Assembly: GCA_963668695.2 (NCBI GenBank)
Contig: CAXXLQ010000004.1
Coordinates: 1,056,001-1,120,000 of the forward strand
Length of the DNA stretch: 64,000 bases
Direction: 5' to 3'
Source: Vicinamibacteria bacterium
GTDB lineage: Bacteria > Acidobacteriota > Vicinamibacteria > Marinacidobacterales > Marinacidobacteraceae
Of the stretch, positions 57,268 to 64,000 are shown one piece after another (the stretch's first letter is position 1; each line of letters starts with the position of its first letter). The translations under genes and the position numbers were made by a program. The notes beneath the pieces are model-generated. The model was not told the DNA's origin. It saw nothing but the letters and a program-made list of their open reading frames with translations, and made no database searches.

Positions 57268-58116
57268 ATGGTCTTCGGCGTGAAACGACAGGGCGCGGTG
57301 CTTTGCCCGGGGTGTGGACAGCTCGTCGGAGCGCAGGACAAGCAATGTCTCTTCTGCGGGCGCCGAAATCCCGCGCTCTTCGGGTTCGCCGGACTGCTTC
57401 GCTTCGATACCGCGGGGGTGTTGAAGATCCTGCTCGGCGCCAACATCGGGCTGTTCCTGCTCGCGCTGGTGCTGAGCGTCGGCGCCATCGAGATGCGGGG
57501 CCTGCTCGGTTTCCTGAGCCCCGACGGCCGCATCCTCTACCGGTTGGGGGCCGCGGGAGGGATCCCGGTCTTCGGAGTCGGAAAGTGGTACGCCGTCCTC
57601 AGCGCCGGCTGGCTGCACGGCGGTTTGCTCCACATCTTTTTCAACATGTACTGGCTCTGGAACCTGTTCCCGCTGGTGGGCGAGACCTTCGGAACCAGCC
57701 GGGCGCTCGTGATCTACCAGGTTTCGGCAGCTACCGGATTCCTGCTGTCTTCGTTCATGGGGGCGTCCGCCATTGCGATCCCGTTCCTGGGAGGGGCGCC
57801 GGGAATCACGGTGGGAGCTTCGGCGTCGCTGTGCGGCCTGCTGGGAGCGCTTTTGTATTTCGGAAGACGGACCAGTTCGGATTTCGCCCGGACGATCTGG
57901 CGGTACGTGATCTTCATTGCGATCTTCGGCGCCTTCGTGCCGGGCATCGACAATGCCGCCCACGTCGGCGGGTTTCTTGGTGGGTACTTCGTAGCGTCCC
58001 GCTTCGGGGCCTTCACGCCCGAACAGGGCAAACATGGCCTCTGGGCCCTCGGGTTGGTGGCAGCGAGCGCCGTCGCCATCCTGCTGTCGGTGGCGGGCGT
58101 CTCCCCTGTCGGCTGA
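57268..58116 (+). CDS. Rhomboid intramembrane serine protease
   Basis: LHGGLLHIFFNM, GASA, DNAAHVGG; N-terminal CxxC-CxxC. Confidence 0.9.
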   Translation: MVFGVKRQGAVLCPGCGQLVGAQDKQCLFCGRRNPALFGFAGLLRFDTAGVLKILLGANIGLFLLALVLSVGAIEMRGLLGFLSPDGRILYRLGAAGGIPVFGVGKWYAVLSAGWLHGGLLHIFFNMYWLWNLFPLVGETFGTSRALVIYQVSAATGFLLSSFMGASAIAIPFLGGAPGITVGASASLCGLLGALLYFGRRTSSDFARTIWRYVIFIAIFGAFVPGIDNAAHVGGFLGGYFVASRFGAFTPEQGKHGLWALGLVAASAVAILLSVAGVSPVG

Positions 58117-58149
58117 ACCATCGCGACAACAGGATCGTAAGGAAAGACA

Positions 58150-58338
58150 ATGGCCAAACTCGTTCGCCCATCCAAGGACCGGATGCTGCTCGGAGTCTGC
58201 GCCGGGCTCGCCGACTGGTGGAGCGTGGACCGGACGCTGCTCCGGGTTCTCTACGTGCTGGCGAGCGTCTGTTCGGCCGCGTTTCCCGGGATCCTGTGTT
58301 ACATCGTCCTCGGGATCCTGATGCCCCCCGAGGAGTGA
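58150..58338 (+). CDS. PspC domain protein
   Basis: L.R..KDRML.GVCAGLA...D.TL.R...YIV..ILMP. Confidence 0.88.
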   Translation: MAKLVRPSKDRMLLGVCAGLADWWSVDRTLLRVLYVLASVCSAAFPGILCYIVLGILMPPEE

Positions 58339-59207
58339 GTCGGGCGCACCGCGTTTCTCGCCCGCCCGGAAGTCCTCCTTCTGGTCAAGACCCTGGGGCG
58401 GCAGCGGTGGAAATCGTCGCTTCGCCGCTGTTGGGGCATCGGGTCGGGGGGCATCGGGTCGGGGGGCATCGGGTCGGGCGTCCGGCTGCGGGGAAGTTCC
58501 TCAGCCGGCTGCGGCTCCCCCCTACCGAGCGCCGGCGCGAAGGACTGGCCCGGCTCTCCGCCTGGTCGCGGAGCGCCGGGGTTTCCGCTTTGGTGCTTGA
58601 AGACAACGCCAGCGACCTGATACCTGACCTGCGCGCCCTGGGTTTTGATGACGCCGGACCACTGCCGCGCTACTCCGCGCCCGTCCGGCCCGGATGGCTG
58701 CGCCGGAACGCGACCGCACTTCTGCTGCCGCGGGCTCGCCCTCCCGGGGGCGTGACGGTGGTCCCCGAAGCGCTGCCAGACCCCGAAGAGGAGAAGCTCT
58801 GGGAGCGGCTGGCCCCGGGTTTCGGCGCGGTTGCCGGGCTCGCGAGCGAGGCGCCGCCCCCCGCCGCCGGCCTGCATCTGGTACGGGCGGGCCGGCCGGT
58901 TGCGAGTTGCCGCTTCGAGCGGGCGGCCGAAGGCGGGCTCAAGGTGTCCTACTGGATCGCGCCGCCCCAGGAACCGGACATGACCGCCCTGCTGGCCGTG
59001 AGCGTGCTTCGGGCCGCTGATCCCGCCCCTTCCGTGTTCTTCGAGACGCCGCACCGTCTTCTTGCCAAGGGGCTGTTCCTTGCCCGGTTCCTCCCGCGGC
59101 GTTCGCGGGCGCGGGTTATGGTGCGCCAGCACGGGGACCGGGATCTTCCGGCGCCCTCGATGTCCGACTGGCACCTCACCGCTCCCACGGTGCTCCGGGG
59201 TCCGTAG
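58335..59207 (+). CDS. Hypothetical protein
   Basis: GTGA overlap with pspC; fills the gap to the tRNA; no recognised motif. Confidence 0.5.
   Translation: MSRAHRVSRPPGSPPSGQDPGAAAVEIVASPLLGHRVGGHRVGGHRVGRPAAGKFLSRLRLPPTERRREGLARLSAWSRSAGVSALVLEDNASDLIPDLRALGFDDAGPLPRYSAPVRPGWLRRNATALLLPRARPPGGVTVVPEALPDPEEEKLWERLAPGFGAVAGLASEAPPPAAGLHLVRAGRPVASCRFERAAEGGLKVSYWIAPPQEPDMTALLAVSVLRAADPAPSVFFETPHRLLAKGLFLARFLPRRSRARVMVRQHGDRDLPAPSMSDWHLTAPTVLRGP
58434..58478 (+). repeat. 3x15-bp tandem repeat (GHRVG)
   Basis: (gggcatcgggtcggg)x3. Confidence 0.85.
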
Positions 59208-59248
59208 GCGGCTTCAGTGGTAGCATGCTCGGCCCCCCGCCTGCGGAT

Positions 59249-59323
59249 GCCGCTATCGTCTAGGGGTTAGGACGGATGGTTCTCAGCCATCAAACCGGGG
59301 TTCGATTCCCCGTAGCGGTACCA
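59249..59323 (+). tRNA. tRNA-Glu(CTC)
   Basis: Cloverleaf, anticodon arm gatgg-ttCTCag-ccatc, GGTTCGATTCC, CCA end. Confidence 0.93.
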
Positions 59324-59355
59324 GGCAGGGCCCGATTCCGACGGAGAATCCGGCG

Positions 59356-60294
59356 GTGAAGAGCGAAACACCCCGGATTCATTGCGAAATCCAGTGCGAA
59401 GTTGTTCGGGGAACCGGTCCGGCCATTTTTGTCCACGGCGGGGCCTGGGACATTCCCGCCGGGGAGCGGGACGCTCACCAGGCGGGCGCCCTGGCAGCGG
59501 TTCGTCTCGGCTTCGATTTGCTGCGGGACGGCGTTTCCGCACTGGACACCGTGGAGGCGGTCGTCACGCTTCTCGAGGACGATCCGGCGCTGAACGCGGG
59601 GACCGGATCCGTGCTGAACCGGCGCGGGGAGGTCGTCCTCGACGCCTCGATCATGGATGGCGAGGACCTCCGGGTCGGCGGGGTGGCGGCGGTGCGCACG
59701 ATCCTGAACCCGGTCCGGGTCGCGCGGCGGGTCATCGAAGCGACCCGGCAGGTGCTGCTGGTCGGGGTGGGCGCCGAAGAGTTCGCCCGGCAACAGGGAT
59801 TCGAGGCGATTCAGCCGGAAGAGCTCGTGGTGCCCCGCGAGGTGACCCGCCTTCGGGAGCACCAGGCCCGCCGCCGGGTTGCTGCGCCGGGGGACACGGT
59901 AGGCGCGGTGGCGCTCGACCGCGAGGGCCGGATCGCGGCCGCCGGATCGACGGGCGGCACCTTGGGCAAGCGACCCGGCCGGGTGGGAGACACCCCACTG
60001 CCGGGCGCGGGGCTCTACGCGGATTCCGAGACCGGCGGCGTGGCCTGCACCGGGTGGGGAGAGGGCATCGCGCGTTTGTCCATGGCCCGCGCGGCGCTGG
60101 CCCGGATGGAAGCCGGAGAAGATCCTCAACAAGCGGCTCGCGCGCTCCTCGGCGCCTGTTGGTCCCGCCTCGGTGGAACGGCGGGACTCCTGATCGTCAC
60201 TCCAGACGCACGCCTCGTCAGCGCCTGGAGCACGCCCCGGATGGCGCGCGGCTGGGCGCACCCCGGGATGGAGTCCCCTGCCGCCGTGGCCTGA
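59356..60294 (+). CDS. Isoaspartyl peptidase/L-asparaginase (Ntn hydrolase)
   Basis: VHGGA, LEDDP.LNAG.G, DASIMDG, TVGAVA, STGG, GRVGDTP. Confidence 0.92.
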   Translation: MKSETPRIHCEIQCEVVRGTGPAIFVHGGAWDIPAGERDAHQAGALAAVRLGFDLLRDGVSALDTVEAVVTLLEDDPALNAGTGSVLNRRGEVVLDASIMDGEDLRVGGVAAVRTILNPVRVARRVIEATRQVLLVGVGAEEFARQQGFEAIQPEELVVPREVTRLREHQARRRVAAPGDTVGAVALDREGRIAAAGSTGGTLGKRPGRVGDTPLPGAGLYADSETGGVACTGWGEGIARLSMARAALARMEAGEDPQQAARALLGACWSRLGGTAGLLIVTPDARLVSAWSTPRMARGWAHPGMESPAAVA

Positions 60295-60415
60295 CCGGGT
60301 GGACCGGGTGCCTGCCGTGATGGCCCGGGTGGCGTTCGCCCGGCCGACGCGGGCCACCTACCGTCGGATCGTCCATCTCCGAAACCTGCTAGATTGCCCG
60401 GTCCCCGGGTCGTGA

Positions 60416-60491
60416 GCGCCCTTAGCTCAGTGGATAGAGCAACAGGCTACGAACCTGTAGGTCGGGGGTTCGAATCCCTCAGGGCGTGCCA
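60416..60491 (+). tRNA. tRNA-Arg(ACG)
   Basis: Cloverleaf, anticodon arm acagg-ctACGaa-cctgt, GGTTCGAATCC, CCA end. Confidence 0.95.
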
Positions 60492-60587
60492 CCCAAGGAC
60501 GCTAGTCTTCGGGGCTCGTCGCCTTCAGCGCGGCGAAACAACACGGTGCGGCTCGTGGTTGCGGCCTTCCGCCGCCCAATGTTTGCG

Positions 60588-62648
60588 ATGTTGAAGATGA
60601 ATGCCTGGCGCCGGTTCGCGGTTCTCGGAACCGTGGCCCTGGGCCTCCTACTCCTCGCGCTCGCGCTGTCCGGGTGTGGAACGCCCGATTCGGAAGACGA
60701 GATCCCGTCCGTGATCCCGGCGGGGACCATTGACGACTGGCCGGCGATTCTGGAACGCGGAGTGATCCGCTTCGGGCGCCGTGGCTTCGACGTGTTCGAA
60801 ACGCTCCCTTCCCAGGGGTTGTCCACGGAGCGCTACCGGTTTCTCGCCCTCCAGTTCGCCGAACGCCACGGGCTGCGCGCCAAGTGGATCACCGAGCCCA
60901 GCCCCGAACGGTTGATAGCCGCGCTTGAAGAGGGCCGCGCCGACGTGGCCGTCGCCACGCTCACGGTGACCGAGTCCCGCCAGGAGCGGGTCGCGTTCAC
61001 CGTCCCGCTCACCATCTCCCGAGAGTGGGTGGTCGGCGGGTCCGAGGGCGTCTTCGGCATTGCCGCCGGAACCTCCTACGAGGAGAGCTTCGTGGCCCAC
61101 TACCCGAATGCGTCGCGGGCGCCGGTCCCGGAAGACGCGGATCCGCTCACCCTCCAGGCGCTCATCGAAGAGGGCGTGATCGACGCAACGATCCTGGACG
61201 AAGCCGCCGCCCGGCTGGTCGTGCGCACCAGCCCCGAGGTCAAAAAGCTCGCGGAGCTTCCGGAGGCGAGGCGTATCGCCTGGGCCGTGCGGCAGGGAAA
61301 CCCGGAACTCCGGACCGCTCTCGACGACTTTCTGACGGAGCACCACACGGTCGCTGACGAGCCTTCCGAAATCCGCGATTGGGCGGCAATCCGCGCTTCC
61401 GGCCAGCTCCGGCTACTCACCATCAGTTCCCCGGTGACCCACTATTTGTGGCGGGGCGAGCGGCTCGGTTTCGAGTACGAACTGGTGCGGCAGTTCGCGG
61501 AGACCCAGGGTCTGGACCTTGCGGTGATCGTGGCCCGCGATCACCCCGAACTCGTCGAAGGGCTCCTCACCGGGCGCGGGGACCTGGTGGCGGCCGGGTG
61601 GGTGGAGACGCCCGCGCGGGCGGAGGAGGGCCTGCTGTTCACCCGTCACTACCTCGACATCCAGGAAACCTTCGTCACTGCCGGCGAATCGGTCGCCCAA
61701 CTGACGGACCTCGTCGGGCGCACGGTGACCGTCCCGCAGGCGACGAGCTATCTGGCGACGCTCGGCGGTCTGGAGGGAGATTTCGAAGTCGAGGAATCGG
61801 AGCTTTCCAGCCACGCCATTCTGGAAGCGGTGGCGGAGGGCGAGGTGGACGTCACTCTGGTGGACAGCCACCGCGCCGAACTCGCGGCGACCTTCGAGCC
61901 GAGGTTGAACCTGGGGCTCGCCCTTGAGCCCACGATGCAGCTCGTCTGGGCGGTCGGCCCGGAACGCCACGATCTGAAGCGTGAACTGGACGCCTTCCTG
62001 AACGCCGGCTACCGCGGCCTCGACTTCAACGGCCTCTACAACAAGTACTTCGTGAACCGCCGCCGCCAGGAGCGCCAGCGGGAGCATCGGGTAACCGGGG
62101 ACGAGCTTTCGCAGTACGACGCGCTGGTGAAGCCGATGGCCGACGCCGAGGATTTCGACTGGCGGCTGATCATCGCCCAGATGTACCAGGAAAGCGGCTT
62201 CGACCCGCAGACGGTCAGCTTTGCCGGGGCCCGGGGCCTGCTCCAGATCATGCCCCGGACCGCCGAAGAACTGGGAGTGGACCCGGACCGGCTCGCCGAG
62301 CCCGAGGTGGGCATTGACACCGGCGTCCGCTATCTCGCCTGGACCCGGGACCGGTTCCCCGACCTGCCTCCCGGCGAACAGCTCTGGTTTGCGCTGGCCT
62401 CCTACAACGCCGGCTACGGTCACGTACGCGACGGCCGGCGCCTCGCGCGTCAGTTGGGGCTCGACGGATCCCTCTGGTTCGGCCATGTCGAGGAAGCGAT
62501 GCACAAGCTGAGCGAACCCGAGTACGCGAGTCGAGCCGCTCACGGATACGTCCGGGGTTCCGAAGTGACGAGATATGTAAGCGACATCCGGAATCGGTAC
62601 CGGGCGTACGTGGATCACTTCGTCCAACTGGAGGCGTCGGACCGCTGA
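60588..62648 (+). CDS. MltF-like lytic transglycosylase with tandem substrate-binding domains
   Basis: Lipobox LSGC; two SBP-like halves; YQESGF, GARGLLQIMP, ASYNAG. Confidence 0.88.
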   Translation: MLKMNAWRRFAVLGTVALGLLLLALALSGCGTPDSEDEIPSVIPAGTIDDWPAILERGVIRFGRRGFDVFETLPSQGLSTERYRFLALQFAERHGLRAKWITEPSPERLIAALEEGRADVAVATLTVTESRQERVAFTVPLTISREWVVGGSEGVFGIAAGTSYEESFVAHYPNASRAPVPEDADPLTLQALIEEGVIDATILDEAAARLVVRTSPEVKKLAELPEARRIAWAVRQGNPELRTALDDFLTEHHTVADEPSEIRDWAAIRASGQLRLLTISSPVTHYLWRGERLGFEYELVRQFAETQGLDLAVIVARDHPELVEGLLTGRGDLVAAGWVETPARAEEGLLFTRHYLDIQETFVTAGESVAQLTDLVGRTVTVPQATSYLATLGGLEGDFEVEESELSSHAILEAVAEGEVDVTLVDSHRAELAATFEPRLNLGLALEPTMQLVWAVGPERHDLKRELDAFLNAGYRGLDFNGLYNKYFVNRRRQERQREHRVTGDELSQYDALVKPMADAEDFDWRLIIAQMYQESGFDPQTVSFAGARGLLQIMPRTAEELGVDPDRLAEPEVGIDTGVRYLAWTRDRFPDLPPGEQLWFALASYNAGYGHVRDGRRLARQLGLDGSLWFGHVEEAMHKLSEPEYASRAAHGYVRGSEVTRYVSDIRNRYRAYVDHFVQLEASDR

Positions 62649-62780
62649 TCCGGCTGCGCGGTTTTCCGCTGACATGCGCCGGAACCGCTGGTCCCGGAGC
62701 GGCAGCGGCGCTGTGTTTCGCGCGGCGCAGAGAGCCGTGGGAAGATTGAAGGCCTTCCAGGACTTTCAAGGGAGGTCGCG

Positions 62781-64000
62781 ATGACCCGTCTTCCGTACCG
62801 GCTGGCAGCCGCCACTGCCGGTCTCTTGCTGTTCCCGGCGCTCGCCGCCGCCCAGAACTGGACCTGCGAGCAGGTGATGGTCCCGATGCGGGACGGCACC
62901 CGTCTCGCCACGGATGTCTACATCCCCCGCGGACAGGGTCCCGGGCCCTTTCCCGTGGTGCTCGAGCGCACCCCCTACAACAAGGGCTCCTGCGCCCGTC
63001 CGTCCGCCGAGTACTTCGCCGCCCGGGGCTACGTCGCCATGGCGCAGGACGAACGCGGCCGCTACGAGTCCGAGGGCGATTACTACTGGCTCCGGGACGA
63101 GGCCTGGGGGGAACGCCAGGACGGCTACGACACCATCGAGTGGGCGGCCACCCATCCCGCCTCCAACGGGAAGGTGGGAACGCACGGCCTGTCGTTCACC
63201 TGCGCGAACCAGCTCCTGACGGCTCCGACGCAGCCGCCCCACCTCGAGGCGATGTTCTGTTCCCAGTACGCGGCGAACAGCTACCGGGACATCTTCTGGC
63301 AGGGCGGGGCGCTCCACATGATCATGCCGACCTGGCTCCTCACCCAGCGGGAGATGGTGAGGCCGCTGCGAATGAACGTACCCGGCCACCGGGGCTACCT
63401 CGGGTCCGGGGATGCCTGGACCGATTGGTACGACGAACACCTCGAGGTCGGGGACGTGTTCACCGCGAGCATGTTCTCGGACATGTACAACGACCTTGTC
63501 GAAAACCCCTACTACAACGATCACTGGCGGCAGCTCGCGGTGGACGAGCAGTACGACAAGTTCGACGTGCCCGTCTATCACCTCGGCGGTTGGTACGACC
63601 GGCACATCCACGGCACGGTGCGGCACTTCAAGCAGGTGAACGAAATCGGCGGCCCGAAGGCCCGCGGGCAGCAAAAACTCATCGTGGGTCCCTGGATCCA
63701 CGGCTGGCCGCCGACCGACGACCGGGTCGGCGAGATGAACTTCCCCGGTTCCAGCATCGACCATCTGGCGCTGCGCCTGCGCTGGTTCGACCACCTCCTC
63801 AAGGGGCACGACAACGGGATCATGGACGAGCCCCCGGTCCTCATCTACGTGATGGGGGAGAACGTCTGGCGCGAGGAACACGAGTTCCCGCTCGCCCGCC
63901 AGCAGGAAGAGGAGTGGTTCCTCCGGGCCGGTCCCACGGGGACCGTCGAGTCGCTCAACGACGGAGCGCTCTCCCAGGAGGCGCCGCCTGGCGCCGAAAC
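62781..64000 (+). CDS. CocE/NonD family hydrolase (partial, runs off window)
   Basis: GGAGG RBS; signal peptide; MVPMRDGTRLATDVY, RTPY, QD.RGRY.SEG, G.HGLSF, GPWIHG. Confidence 0.88.
   Translation, partial: MTRLPYRLAAATAGLLLFPALAAAQNWTCEQVMVPMRDGTRLATDVYIPRGQGPGPFPVVLERTPYNKGSCARPSAEYFAARGYVAMAQDERGRYESEGDYYWLRDEAWGERQDGYDTIEWAATHPASNGKVGTHGLSFTCANQLLTAPTQPPHLEAMFCSQYAANSYRDIFWQGGALHMIMPTWLLTQREMVRPLRMNVPGHRGYLGSGDAWTDWYDEHLEVGDVFTASMFSDMYNDLVENPYYNDHWRQLAVDEQYDKFDVPVYHLGGWYDRHIHGTVRHFKQVNEIGGPKARGQQKLIVGPWIHGWPPTDDRVGEMNFPGSSIDHLALRLRWFDHLLKGHDNGIMDEPPVLIYVMGENVWREEHEFPLARQQEEEWFLRAGPTGTVESLNDGALSQEAPPGAE

Noticed and set aside
59249-60491. tRNA-anchored genomic island
   Set aside because: No integrase and no duplicated tRNA 3' end seen in the window

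Overview
GC-rich bacterial chromosome window spanning the replication-origin region: rpmH-dnaA-dnaN-gyrB-gyrA, rnpA-yidD-yidC-rsmG-parA-parB-bactofilin, a perfect parS site and a split F1Fo operon atpF'FHAGDC. The gene order is compatible with an Acidobacteriota/Myxococcota-like organism (inference only). It also holds a LysW-type amino-acid biosynthesis operon end, an elbB-C-D-E-like ether-lipid cluster with neighbouring lipid genes, an uncharacterised Sec/Tat-exported three-gene operon, three tandem paralogous membrane proteins with a variable Cys-bounded loop, two tRNAs and several housekeeping genes. The most striking non-genic signal is a ~180-bp MITE-like element at about 15 loci between 6.7 and 43.4 kb. 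Its terminal inverted repeats co-vary, it often abuts TAG stop codons, it forms Russian-doll composites, and it carries an 18-bp sub-module at five different internal positions in both orientations. yidC appears frameshifted or split, and the glmU/glmS-like pair looks domain-reduced.
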